This document shows, in pieces, positions 1 through 8,744 of a stretch of 32,000 bases of DNA. This stretch comes from Escherichia coli (GTDB lineage Bacteria; Pseudomonadota; Gammaproteobacteria; Enterobacterales; Enterobacteriaceae). A program made the translations under genes and the position numbers. Under the pieces are notes generated by a model that searched no databases, was not told the origin of the DNA, and worked only from the letters and a program-made list of their open reading frames with translations. Numbering within the stretch: position 1 is the first letter of the stretch; each line of letters starts with the position of its first letter. The stretch is taken from NCBI RefSeq assembly GCF_047300905.1, contig NZ_CP178552.1; one strand, written 5' to 3'.

Positions 1-722
1 CCTCTGGCCTTAAGCTCTGCTCCCTGCTGGTCTATTTTGTCCTGCCACACCTTGCGCTGTGCCGGTGTGCCTGCCACCTCATAATCCATGTGCGGGAGTG
101 TTGCCGCTGACAGTCCGGCCAGCCGGAGAACCGGCTCGCCGGTGAGGCTGATTTGCATCTGTTTTATTTTCTGTTCCAGCGATGATTTCACCTGCTGCAT
201 GACAGCCTTTTCCGGCGCGACGTAGCCCTGATGGCCGGTGGTGTTGGCGAGCGGATTTTCCTGTACCAGGATGCTCAGATGCATTGCCCGGACAAGCGCC
301 TCACAGGTTTCATTCAGGGCGTGTTCCAGCTCATGCTCTGCATACAGACTCAGCAGGTGATGATGTGCCTTCCGGTAGGCGGTGGCCGTGCTGTCACACG
401 CCCCTTTCAGGCGTTCACGTTCAAAATTCAGCACCACGGCCAGATTGTCATATTCCTGTACCAGCTCCCGGCGTGCCACGCGCTCAATGTGGCGCTGTTT
501 CAGCTCGTCGCTCAGGACACCACCGGCTGCACGAAAGGCCGTGCGCCAGTCGTCAGCGTCGTTTCCGTCGGCCTGCGCCAGCGCATTTTTTTCCTGCTCT
601 GCCCGTTCAATGGCCGTGACGGTCTCATCCATCAGGCGGGCGTTCTCAAGATGGGCGGCTCTGGCCTTTTCCAGTTGTGCCAGCGCGGGTTGCAGATATT
701 CAGGGATGGTGTTGTCAGACAT
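1..722 (-). CDS. sid: P4 Sid-like capsid size determination protein (C-terminus truncated by the window edge)
   Basis: Reverse-strand ORF open from ATG at 722 to the window edge: MSDNTIPEYLQPALAQLEKARAAHLENARLMDETVTAIERAEQEKNALAQADGNDADDWRTAFRAAGG...; recognised as P4 Sid. It is missing from the supplied ORF track because no stop lies inside the window. Confidence 0.9.
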   Translation of the reverse strand, partial: MSDNTIPEYLQPALAQLEKARAAHLENARLMDETVTAIERAEQEKNALAQADGNDADDWRTAFRAAGGVLSDELKQRHIERVARRELVQEYDNLAVVLNFERERLKGACDSTATAYRKAHHHLLSLYAEHELEHALNETCEALVRAMHLSILVQENPLANTTGHQGYVAPEKAVMQQVKSSLEQKIKQMQISLTGEPVLRLAGLSAATLPHMDYEVAGTPAQRKVWQDKIDQQGAELKAR

Positions 723-794
723 TTTCCGGCTCCTCGTCACTTCAGGTTAAGAAAATTGTGACGTACACCGGACAACAACACGACGCATTGCAGA

Positions 795-812
795 TGTGCC
801 AGCCCTGACACA
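795..812 (-). promoter_or_regulatory. Ogr/Delta-type late activator site (TGT-N12-ACA) of the putative P_sid promoter
   Basis: TGTGCCAGCCCTGACACA; centre is about 80 bp upstream of the sid ATG, consistent with activator binding near -55 of P_sid. Confidence 0.65.
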
Positions 813-890
813 GGAGACTCATCCTCAGACCGGCAAGCCAGGAAAAGGTCGCAGGAAAAACCGGCTTACTGTTTGTTTTTTTATATTTTA

Positions 891-971
891 CTGTTCACCT
901 CTGTTCACCATAAGAAAAAAGATAATTAATACAGTAAGTTAAAGGGTGAACAATCGCAGTAATGACTGTTC
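891..971. repeat. Left half of interrupted alpha-iteron cluster (probable P4 ori1 region)
   Basis: ACTGTTCACC (891-900), CTGTTCACC (902-910), GGTGAACAA (946-954), plus the ACTGTTC (965-971) that abuts the IS. Confidence 0.6.
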
Positions 972-1070
972 TGCGTATTCCGCTCTATTCGATCACGGAT
1001 TGGCATCGAAGTCCGATCAGCGATTCGCATCCATTCGATCAACCGGGAACTTAACTTTTTCTACCGCTTT

Positions 1071-1826
1071 TTAACGCGTTTTTTCGCTGCTTTCCACTAC
1101 CGGGGGATTTTTCCTCAGTGACTCTCCCTGAAGGACCACCCGGTGTGAGTTATGTACCAGTCTGTCCAGGATGGCATCTGCTGTTGTTGGGTTCTCCATC
1201 AGACCATGCCATTTATCTACCGGGAACTGGCTTACCACTATCGTGCTGCTTTGTCCGTAACGATCCTCTATGAGCTCCAGAAGGTCATTACACTGGGCGT
1301 TACTTAACTGTTCCAGCCCCAGATCGTCCAGGATTAGAACCTGTATTTTTTGCAACTGTTTCAGATATTTCAGCCAGCTGCCATCAACACGTCCCTGAGC
1401 CAGTTGTTCCAGTAATCGCCCGGTTCTACAGTACCGGACGCTGTGTTTCTGTCGACATGCCTGTTCGCCCAGCGCATTGGCTATCCAGCTCTTGCCACAT
1501 CCTGTCGGACCGGTTATCAGCAGGTTTTTCCTGTGGGTTATGTAGTGGCCGTTCAGCAGTTCTCTCATCTGTTCAGCCCGCAGACCTCTTGAGGCCGGAT
1601 AGCGCAGCCCTTCCGGTGTTGCCTGGTATTTCAGGCCGGCATTTTTTCTCAACCGTGCCACACGACTGGTTTCCCTGCTCAGAAGCTCGTCATCAACCAG
1701 CTGCGTCAGCCTTTCCTCGAACGACAGTTCGTCGTAAGTCTGAGGCGTTTCCCGCTGCCGTATCAGGCTCCCGGCCATCGCCGGGAGTTTCAGTTGGGTC
1801 AGTTTGTTTAACAGGTTATCACTCAT
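1071..1826 (-). CDS. istB: IS21-family helper ATPase IstB
   Basis: 251 aa from MSDNLLNKLTQLKLPAMAGSLIRQ; Walker A GPTGCGKS, Walker B VLILDDLGL. The listed 332-aa ORF is an upstream extension into istA. Confidence 0.95.
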   Translation of the reverse strand: MSDNLLNKLTQLKLPAMAGSLIRQRETPQTYDELSFEERLTQLVDDELLSRETSRVARLRKNAGLKYQATPEGLRYPASRGLRAEQMRELLNGHYITHRKNLLITGPTGCGKSWIANALGEQACRQKHSVRYCRTGRLLEQLAQGRVDGSWLKYLKQLQKIQVLILDDLGLEQLSNAQCNDLLELIEDRYGQSSTIVVSQFPVDKWHGLMENPTTADAILDRLVHNSHRVVLQGESLRKNPPVVESSEKTR

Positions 1827-1842
1827 ACTGTTGTTCCTTCTG

Positions 1843-3408
1843 TCAGTGGTAGTAGCCCGGACCACGCAGGTTTTCATGCTCTGAAGCATATGCCGGATGT
1901 TGTTCGCCCTGGCGGGATAATGGAAGCTCCAGGTTCTCCCGATGGTGACGCAGCAGATTGTCGATAAAGCGTCTGTCAGGGGCGTTATAGTGCAGGGCAA
2001 CGTAACAGGCCTTTTCCAGCCGTTCCGGGCCGTATTTTTTCTGAAGTGCCAGCAGCCCCAGAACTGCACGATAAGCCAGTTCAGGATGGGGTTTTGCCTT
2101 CAGCATGGATTCAACCACCCGGCCTGTGGACGGGCCCGTACGTTTTCCCTGCTCGATCAGGCGTTCCGGTGTCCATGTCCCGTGCTGCCGGTGGCGCTCT
2201 GGCATGTGAAGCGGATTGGTTGTGTGTTTATATTCATGTGTGCTGCGCGGATGTTGCGCCACACACTGCCCCTTGTGCCAGAGCTGTACCACCGACTGCC
2301 CCGCCTTCAGTGACAGACGCTGACCGACCAGTTCGTGTGGAACGGAGTACCAGTGACGGGCATATTCAACGTGGTAGTCAGGGCCAACCTTCACAGCTTT
2401 GTATTCCGTGTATTCATAAGGTGCCAGAGGCAGCGGAGAGAGTGCTGGCGCATCCAGTATGCGGAAGCGTTCTGCACGGGTTTGATTGCCGTACCCCTTC
2501 ATTGGCCGGTTATTCATGTCTGTCAGTAACTCCCTAAGGCGCGCATTCAGCGCCCTGAGCGTGTGGAAGGTTTCATTACGGATGCGGGCAAGAAGCCATC
2601 GTTCGACGATGAGGACGCCGTTTTCTGCTTTTGGTTTATCTTTAGGTTTGCGTGGTCGGGCCGGGATGATAACCGTGCCATAGTGCTCAGCCAGTGCCTG
2701 ATAACTGTCGTTGATGACAGGCTCATATCGATCGGCCTTTTTCACTGCGCTTCTGAGGTTATCGGGGATGAGCAGCTTCGGTACGCCGCCCAGGAAGGTC
2801 AGGCAACGGCTGTGGGCATTTAACCATGACATCATGTCCTGACCTTCGCACGCTTCAACGTAGGTATAGTTGGACGCCCCCATTACGGCCACGAAGATTG
2901 CCACGCGGCGTATCTCACCGGTGTCCGGATTAATAACAGGAACCGTAGGACCACAGAAGTCGATAAAAAGCTTTTCGCCGGCACGATGCTCCTGGCGCAT
3001 GGAGAGACGTCGCGTTTTTTTCCACTCCCGGTAGCAACGGCAGAAGTGCGAGTATCCCATCGCTTTGTCACCCGCCTGTGCCTTGTATTCCATCCACAAC
3101 AGTTGCCGCGTCACACCTGGTTTTCTCATTTCCGTATCGAAGTACAACATGTCAGGCATTACAAGCTCTGATGCAAAGGTGTCTTTGGGCGGAAAAATGA
3201 GTTTCTCCAGCGTGTCATGGGATATATCAGCAGGTAATGGCCATGACAGAGAAGAGGCTTTGAAGCGGGCAAGAACCTCAAAAACGGTTGAGGCGCTGAT
3301 GTGTAACGTCAGTCCGATACAACGGTTAGTCAGCTTCTTGTCGAACTTGAGCTGAAGGATCTTAAAACAGGTTTCCATAGTGCTCCTGGATTTTCTCTTT
3401 CTGGACAT
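1843..3408 (-). CDS. istA: IS21-family transposase IstA
   Basis: DDE transposase (LFIDFCGPTV..., IPDNLRSAV...) followed 17 bp later by istB. Likely start MSRKRKSRSTMETCFK (3408) rather than the ORF-track start at 3489. Confidence 0.95.
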   Translation of the reverse strand: MSRKRKSRSTMETCFKILQLKFDKKLTNRCIGLTLHISASTVFEVLARFKASSLSWPLPADISHDTLEKLIFPPKDTFASELVMPDMLYFDTEMRKPGVTRQLLWMEYKAQAGDKAMGYSHFCRCYREWKKTRRLSMRQEHRAGEKLFIDFCGPTVPVINPDTGEIRRVAIFVAVMGASNYTYVEACEGQDMMSWLNAHSRCLTFLGGVPKLLIPDNLRSAVKKADRYEPVINDSYQALAEHYGTVIIPARPRKPKDKPKAENGVLIVERWLLARIRNETFHTLRALNARLRELLTDMNNRPMKGYGNQTRAERFRILDAPALSPLPLAPYEYTEYKAVKVGPDYHVEYARHWYSVPHELVGQRLSLKAGQSVVQLWHKGQCVAQHPRSTHEYKHTTNPLHMPERHRQHGTWTPERLIEQGKRTGPSTGRVVESMLKAKPHPELAYRAVLGLLALQKKYGPERLEKACYVALHYNAPDRRFIDNLLRHHRENLELPLSRQGEQHPAYASEHENLRGPGYYH

Positions 3409-3483
3409 TGACGTCTCCACTGGTTTAAACACGGCAATGGAGACTGTGGTGAAAAGAGTTAATTCCCGGAGTGACTGGCAGGA

Positions 3484-3608
3484 TGCCAATCAATGATCGG
3501 AAGCATGCCAAATCGTGATCGATTGTGATGCCAAACTGTGATCGGAGATGGATGCCAAATCATGATCGATTCGAATGCCAAACTGCGATCGATTCAGATG
3601 CCATTTTG
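3484..3608. repeat. IS21-family multiple terminal repeats at the istA end
   Basis: About five copies of ATGCCAA(A)..TGATCG with 23-24 bp period, plus a final ATGCCATTTTGCA; related motifs occur at the other IS end (GATCACGGATTGGCATC). Confidence 0.8.
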
Positions 3609-3610
3609 CA

Positions 3611-3635
3611 ACTGTTCACCGTCTGTTCACCCGCT
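3611..3635. repeat. Right half of interrupted alpha-iteron cluster (probable P4 ori1 region)
   Basis: ACTGTTCACCGTCTGTTCACCC immediately right of the IS21-family element. Confidence 0.6.
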
Positions 3636-3734
3636 CATGGACTTTTTGTGCTGTTTACTACTGTTTGTTTTTATTAATTCGCCGGGAATGAATAAGAAGA
3701 AACGATTTGTATTTCACTATAAAAATTACGAATT

Positions 3735-3764
3735 GCTTTAAGTGGCTTTAAATGACTTTAAGTG
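3735..3764. repeat. Three tandem 10-bp repeats upstream of vis
   Basis: CTTTAAGTGG CTTTAAATGA CTTTAAGTGG read directly in sequence. Confidence 0.8.
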
Positions 3765-3790
3765 GAAATGAACAAAAAACACACAAGCAT

Positions 3791-3808
3791 TGTAAGGCTG
3801 CCGGAACA
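3791..3808 (+). promoter_or_regulatory. Ogr/Delta-type late activator site of the putative P_LL promoter (upstream of vis)
   Basis: TGTAAGGCTGCCGGAACA = TGT-N12-ACA, about 110 bp upstream of the vis ATG. Confidence 0.6.
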
Positions 3809-3910
3809 AATCCCCCCTGTTGCGTCTGCTGAAAATATTCACAAAATAAAGCGCTACCCGAAGCCGGACGGACTTATCCGGTGCTGTATGGACATTAACG
3901 AGGTAGCCCG

Positions 3911-4177
3911 ATGCAATCTGTTTTTTCTTCCCCGTCTCCCGCCCCAGTGACGCCACTGATGCCGCTGCCGGACATCACGCAGGAGCGTTTTTTACGTCTG
4001 CCGGAAGTGATGCACCTGTGCGGCCTGTCACGCTCGACCATCTATGAACTTATCCGTAAGGGGGAATTTCCGCCGCAGGTGAGTCTTGGCGGTAAAAATG
4101 TGGCCTGGCTGCACTCTGAAGTCACCGCATGGATGGCCGGGCGCATTGCCGGACGCAAACGGGGGTACGACGCATGA
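3911..4177 (+). CDS. vis: AlpA-family transcriptional regulator (P4 Vis / ORF88-like)
   Basis: 88 aa; [51 protein letters not shown], the AlpA/MerR-like HTH motif; correct position in the P4 map. Confidence 0.92.
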   Translation: MQSVFSSPSPAPVTPLMPLPDITQERFLRLPEVMHLCGLSRSTIYELIRKGEFPPQVSLGGKNVAWLHSEVTAWMAGRIAGRKRGYDA

Positions 4178-4273
4178 TGATGCCTGTTCTGCAAAAACTC
4201 CCTTTTTCTGGCTTGCCTTTTTCCGGCATTTGCGGATATAGTTTTTCCGCTGCCGCAAAATCGGCAGCCGGGC

Positions 4274-4519
4274 GTAGGAACCCGAGTTACTTCAAGGCGA
4301 CATATGACGCGCCATGCGTCTTTTTTTACGTCGTTGCTTCGGCACACCTGTTTTTCTGGCTGTGGTTTTTAAACCGTAGCCTCTGTCAGATAATGGTGGT
4401 CCGGGCGGGGCAGCCTTCGGGCTGGCCGGTTTCCTTGAAGGCCGGTATTCCTACCCCCGTCCGGGCTACCACCCATGAGCGTAGGAACTCCAGTGGTAGC
4501 TGTAACTGTTACTTCAAGG
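4274..4519 (+). ncRNA. P4 CI-type (C4-like) immunity antisense RNA region with seqA/seqB/seqC elements
   Basis: seqA GTAGGAACCCGAGTTACTTCAAGG (4274-4297) and seqC GTAGGAACTCC...TTACTTCAAGG (4481-4519) are complementary to seqB CCTTGAAGGCCGGTATTCCTAC (4433-4454). Hairpin CTACCAC (4466-4472)/GTGGTAG (4493-4499). Confidence 0.85.
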
Positions 4520-4530
4520 AGGCTGCCATC

Positions 4531-4728
4531 ATGGCTACAACCCTTACCCCCTCACACCCTGAATTTGTCTTTGTGTTTGCGGCTGTCCGTCGCGCAGACC
4601 GTCATCCCCGTATCTGTATGCTTCGCACCGTCGCCGGTGATGAACGCAGTGCCCGCCGTTCCCTTGTCCGTGACTATGTGCTCTCCCTTGCTGCCCGTCT
4701 GCCGGTGGTGGAGGTGTCCCGTGCGTAA
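4531..4728 (+). CDS. kil: P4 Kil-like (Icd-family) cell division inhibitor, 65 aa
   Basis: [65 protein letters not shown], just after seqC of the immunity region. The 199-aa ORF 4129-4728 is the in-frame upstream extension. Confidence 0.82.
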   Translation: MATTLTPSHPEFVFVFAAVRRADRHPRICMLRTVAGDERSARRSLVRDYVLSLAARLPVVEVSRA

Positions 4729-5008
4729 TAAAAAAGCCCCTCAGACCGTCTCAGCGCGTCATGACGCCCGTGAACACCTCAGCATTGAGGCTTACCATAA
4801 GCTCAACCGCGCCAGCGCCGTATCCCAGTTTGTTGGGGGTGATTTGATTCACCGTGAACTCTCCGGCCTGCATCAGCTCTACATTCCGCATATTTTCAGC
4901 TACCTGAATGAAGATATTGATTTTGTGCTGAATGAACTGAAAGCCAAAGGCCTGTGCCGCGATTTTCTCGCCCAGCAGAAAGACCGGGGAGACAGGACGC
5001 ATGTTTGA
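4721..5008 (+). CDS. P4 Eta-like protein
   Basis: GTG start overlapping the end of kil: [79 protein letters not shown]...; position matches P4 eta. Confidence 0.7.
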   Translation: MRNKKAPQTVSARHDAREHLSIEAYHKLNRASAVSQFVGGDLIHRELSGLHQLYIPHIFSYLNEDIDFVLNELKAKGLCRDFLAQQKDRGDRTHV

Positions 5009-5456
5009 TTTTCCCCAACCCGGTGAGATTTACCGTTCTGCCGGTTTTCCCGATGTGGCCGTGGTCGGCATTCTGGAAGACGGTATTCCGTGGGAAATGC
5101 CGTACCGCTGCCCGGAAATTGTCTGGAACCCGTACCGCCGTAAATTCAGTATCCTTGTGCGTATCCTCGCCGACGGGCGCACCACAGACATCCCGCTGGG
5201 GCGTTTTCTGCGGGAATTTACCTGTGACCGTCCTGACCTGTTCAAACGCAGCCCCGTAAACCGGCATGCGGTACTGAAAGAAATGGCCGGAGACCCGGAA
5301 TTACAGAAATGGCGGGAGAAATATCTGGATATTTACCCGCAGGACCCTGTTCCGGTCAGCCGGGCGGCACCGGTGGCGCGGGAATGGCGGGAAATTCCCC
5401 GCACGGAGCCTGACCCGGAAATCACCCCGGATAACAGTTACCGCAATTATCTGTAA
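5001..5456 (+). CDS. P4 ORF151-like conserved protein
   Basis: 151 aa, overlaps the previous ORF by 8 bp; same length and position as P4 ORF151. Confidence 0.85.
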   Translation: MFDFPQPGEIYRSAGFPDVAVVGILEDGIPWEMPYRCPEIVWNPYRRKFSILVRILADGRTTDIPLGRFLREFTCDRPDLFKRSPVNRHAVLKEMAGDPELQKWREKYLDIYPQDPVPVSRAAPVAREWREIPRTEPDPEITPDNSYRNYL

Positions 5457-5591
5457 TTAAAAAACGACACCCGAAAAATTAAATGTGCGTATTCGCGCAG
5501 GGATACGCACGTCTTCAGGAGACGCAGATATGCCTTATCAGTTAATGCAACCGGCACGGAATGCAGTCATCTGTCACAGGGAGGAAAGCAA

Positions 5592-5912
5592 ATGAAAACC
5601 CCCTTACCGCCCGTCTTACGCGCAGCCCTTTACCGTCGCGCTGTCGCCTGTGCCTGGCTGACCGTGTGCGAACGTCAGCACCGCTACCCGCATCTCACCC
5701 TTGAATCACTGGAGGCGGCCATCGCCGCTGAGCTGGAGGGCTTTTATCTGCGCCAGCACGGTGAGGAAAAAGGGCGTCAGATAGCCTGTGCCCTGCTGGA
5801 AGATTTAATGGAATCCGGCCCCCTGAAGGCCGCGCCGTCGCTGTCCTTTCTCGGGCTGGTTGTGATGGATGAACTCTGTGCCCGTCACATAAAAGCGCCG
5901 GTACTGCACTGA
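5592..5912 (+). CDS. cnr: P4 copy number regulation protein Cnr
   Basis: 106 aa immediately upstream of alpha; same length and position as P4 Cnr. Confidence 0.85.
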
Positions 5913-5926
5913 AGGAGAACAACACC

Positions 5927-8260
5927 ATGAAAATGAACGTAACCGCCACCGTCAGCCATGCGCTCGGCCACTGGCCGCGTATTCTCCCGGCGCTGGGGAT
6001 TCAGGTGCTGAAGAACCGTCATCAGCCCTGTCCGGTCTGTGGCGGGAGTGACCGCTTCCGTTTTGATGACAGGGAGGGGCGCGGCACCTGGTACTGCAAT
6101 CAGTGTGGTGCCGGTGACGGCCTGAAACTGGTTGAAAAGGTGTTTGGTGTTTCCCCGTCCGACGCGGCCGCAAAGGTGGCTGCCGTGACCGGCAGCCTGC
6201 CACCGGCTGACCCGGCAGTGACGACCGCCGCCGTTGCTGAAACAGACGCTGCCCGGAAGAACGCCGCCGCACTGGCACAAACCCTGATGGCGAAAACCTG
6301 TCCCGGAACCGGTAACGCCTACCTGACCCGCAAGGGCTTTCCCGGCCGGGAATGCCGGATGCTGACCGGCACACACAGAGCCGGTGGCGTGAGCTGGCGC
6401 GCCGGTGACCTTGTGGTGCCACTGTATGACGACAGCGGCGAACTGGTTAACCTTCAGTTAATCAGTGCTGACGGCCGTAAGCGCACCCTGAAAGGCGGAC
6501 AGGTCAGGGGCACCTGTCACATCCTTGAAGGACAGAATCAGGCCGGAAAACGTCTGTGGATAGCGGAGGGATACGCGACCGCACTTACCGTGCATCACCT
6601 GACCGGTGAAACGGTGATGGTGGCGCTTTCTTCCGTGAATCTCCTTTCTCTGGCCAGCCTTGCCCGGCAGAAGCATCCGGCCTGTCAGATTGTCCTTGCT
6701 GCTGACCGTGACCTCAGCGGTGACGGCCAGAAAAAAGCCGCCGCAGCCGCAGATGCGTGTGAAGGTGTTGTTGCCCTGCCGCCGGTCTTCGGTGACTGGA
6801 ATGATGCCTTCACGCAGTACGGCGGGGAAGCCACCCGTAAGGCCATTTATGATGCCATCCGGCCACCGGCTGAAAGCCCGTTCGACACCATGAGCGAAGC
6901 GGAGTTTTCCGCCATGAGTACCAGCGAAAAGGCCATGCGTATCTATGAGCATTACGGCGAGGCGCTCGCGGTCGATGCCAACGGCCAGCTTCTGTCCCGT
7001 TATGAAAATGGTGTCTGGAAGGTGCTGCCGCCACAGGACTTTTCCCGGGATGTGGCCGGGCTGTTTCAGCGTCTGCGCGCGCCGTTCTCCTCCGGGAAGG
7101 TGGCCTCCGTGGTGGACACCCTGAAGCTGATTATTCCGCAGCAGGAAGCCCCCTCCCGCCGCCTGATTGGCTTTCGTAACGGCGTGCTCGACACGCAGAA
7201 CGGCACGTTCCACCCGCACAGTCCGTCACACTGGATGCGTACCCTGTGTGATGTGGATTTCACCCCGCCGGTGGACGGTGAAACGCTGGAAACCCACGCC
7301 CCCGCGTTCTGGCGCTGGCTTGACCGTGCCGCCGGTGGCCGTGCGGAAAAACGCGACGTGATTCTGGCCGCACTGTTTATGGTGCTGGCAAACCGCTATG
7401 ACTGGCAGCTCTTTCTGGAGGTGACCGGTCCCGGCGGCAGCGGCAAAAGTATCATGGCCGAAATCGCCACCCTGCTGGCCGGGGAGGATAACGCCACGTC
7501 GGCCACCATTGAGACGCTGGAATCCCCGCGTGAACGTGCCGCGTTAACTGGCTTCTCACTGATACGCCTGCCGGACCAGGAAAAATGGAGCGGCGACGGT
7601 GCCGGACTCAAGGCCATCACCGGCGGCGATGCGGTGTCCGTGGACCCGAAATACCGGGATGCGTACTCCACGCATATCCCGGCGGTGATTCTGGCCGTGA
7701 ACAATAACCCGATGCGCTTCACCGACCGCAGCGGCGGCGTGTCACGCCGGCGGGTGATTATTCACTTCCCGGAACAGATAGCCCCGCAGGAGCGCGACCC
7801 GCAACTTAAGGACAAAATCACCCGCGAGCTGGCGGTCATCGTGCGTCACCTGATGCAGAAGTTCAGCGACCCGATGCTCGCCCGGTCACTGCTTCAGTCC
7901 CAGCAGAACTCAGACGAGGCACTGAACATCAAACGGGATGCCGACCCGACGTTTGATTTTATCGGCTATCTGGAAACCCTGCCGCAGACCAGCGGCATGT
8001 ATATGGGGAACGCCAGTATCATCCCGCGCAATTACCGTAAATACCTCTATCACGCCTATCTGGCCTACATGGAAGCAAACGGCTACCGGAATGTACTCAG
8101 TCTGAAAATGTTCGGACTGGGGCTGCCGGTGATGCTGAAGGAATACGGGCTGAATTACGAGAAGCGCCATACCAAACAGGGGATACAGACCAACCTGACG
8201 CTGAAAGAGGAAAGCTACGGCGACTGGCTGCCAAAATGTGACGACCCTGCAACAACCTGA
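5927..8260 (+). CDS. alpha: P4 alpha-like multifunctional replication protein (primase, helicase, ori-binding)
   Basis: 777 aa; zinc motif CPVCGGSDRFRFDD...YCNQCGAGDG, Toprim-like WIAEGYATALT, helicase Walker A EVTGPGGSGKS; same length as P4 alpha. Confidence 0.96.
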   Translation: MKMNVTATVSHALGHWPRILPALGIQVLKNRHQPCPVCGGSDRFRFDDREGRGTWYCNQCGAGDGLKLVEKVFGVSPSDAAAKVAAVTGSLPPADPAVTTAAVAETDAARKNAAALAQTLMAKTCPGTGNAYLTRKGFPGRECRMLTGTHRAGGVSWRAGDLVVPLYDDSGELVNLQLISADGRKRTLKGGQVRGTCHILEGQNQAGKRLWIAEGYATALTVHHLTGETVMVALSSVNLLSLASLARQKHPACQIVLAADRDLSGDGQKKAAAAADACEGVVALPPVFGDWNDAFTQYGGEATRKAIYDAIRPPAESPFDTMSEAEFSAMSTSEKAMRIYEHYGEALAVDANGQLLSRYENGVWKVLPPQDFSRDVAGLFQRLRAPFSSGKVASVVDTLKLIIPQQEAPSRRLIGFRNGVLDTQNGTFHPHSPSHWMRTLCDVDFTPPVDGETLETHAPAFWRWLDRAAGGRAEKRDVILAALFMVLANRYDWQLFLEVTGPGGSGKSIMAEIATLLAGEDNATSATIETLESPRERAALTGFSLIRLPDQEKWSGDGAGLKAITGGDAVSVDPKYRDAYSTHIPAVILAVNNNPMRFTDRSGGVSRRRVIIHFPEQIAPQERDPQLKDKITRELAVIVRHLMQKFSDPMLARSLLQSQQNSDEALNIKRDADPTFDFIGYLETLPQTSGMYMGNASIIPRNYRKYLYHAYLAYMEANGYRNVLSLKMFGLGLPVMLKEYGLNYEKRHTKQGIQTNLTLKEESYGDWLPKCDDPATT

Positions 8261-8276
8261 CCCTCATGACTCATCT

Positions 8277-8300
8277 GACCGGCATCTGCCGGTCTTTTTT
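8277..8300 (+). terminator. Rho-independent terminator after alpha
   Basis: GACCGGCA-TC-TGCCGGTC followed by TTTTTT. Confidence 0.85.
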
Positions 8301-8319
8301 CATCCCTGAATCCCCCGAA

Positions 8320-8619
8320 GGTGAACAATCCACTGTTCACCCTTCACCGTATATTCACCCGTTATCACACTGAAATTAAAAGAGAAAAACGAAAGGTGAA
8401 CAGTGTGAACAATCAAATCAAAAAAAACTTTTTTCGCCCTGTGTGATTTCAGTGCGGAGGATTAATCCCCTGCACAAGTCACACCGGCAGAATGCCGGAG
8501 GTGAAGAATCGAATGTTCACCCTTCACCCATTATTCACCACCTATCACTCTGAAATAAAAGGAGAAAAAAGAAAGTTGAACAGTGTGAACAGTTCTTTCG
8601 AAAAAAAATTTTTTTCCTG
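8320..8619. repeat. P4 crr-like cis replication region: two imperfect direct repeats of about 120 bp separated by about 60 bp
   Basis: Block 1 starts GGTGAACAATCCACTGTTCACCCTTCACCGTATATTCACC (8320); block 2 starts GGTGAAGAATCGAATGTTCACCCTTCACCCATTATTCACC (8500). Both continue with matching (T)GAAAT(T)AAAAG.GAAAAA..GAAAG.TGAACAGTGTGAACA. Confidence 0.85.
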
Positions 8620-8744
8620 AGTTAACGTGCGTGAAGATACGTGTAAAAATTAATCGATAGATATTATATGTATAAGGATGTGTATAAATGAATTATAATA
8701 GAAAAATATAAACGATTTGAATCAAATGGTTATATGGCAATTTT

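Larger units (their letters stand above)
972..3610 (-). mobile_element. IS21-family insertion sequence
   Basis: Contains istA and istB. Outer ends are related inverted sequences (left TGCGTATTCC...TTCGATCACGGATTGGCAT; right end reverse complement TGCAAAATGG...ATCGATCGCAGTTTGGCAT), flanked by ACTGTTC at 965-971 and 3611-3617. Confidence 0.88.

Noticed and set aside
231-761. Three + strand ORFs (176, 111, 122 aa)
   Set aside because: Antisense to sid, which has a recognisable product and P4 synteny.
1457-2823. + strand ORFs opposite istA/istB
   Set aside because: Shadow ORFs of the IS21-family transposition genes.
4129-4530. Upstream part of the 199-aa ORF as coding sequence
   Set aside because: Overlaps the CI RNA elements seqA-seqC; the better supported protein is the 65-aa Kil starting at 4531. 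The longer ORF cannot be formally excluded.
5885-7263. Minus-strand ORFs of 163, 156 and 253 aa
   Set aside because: Antisense shadows of the high-GC alpha gene.
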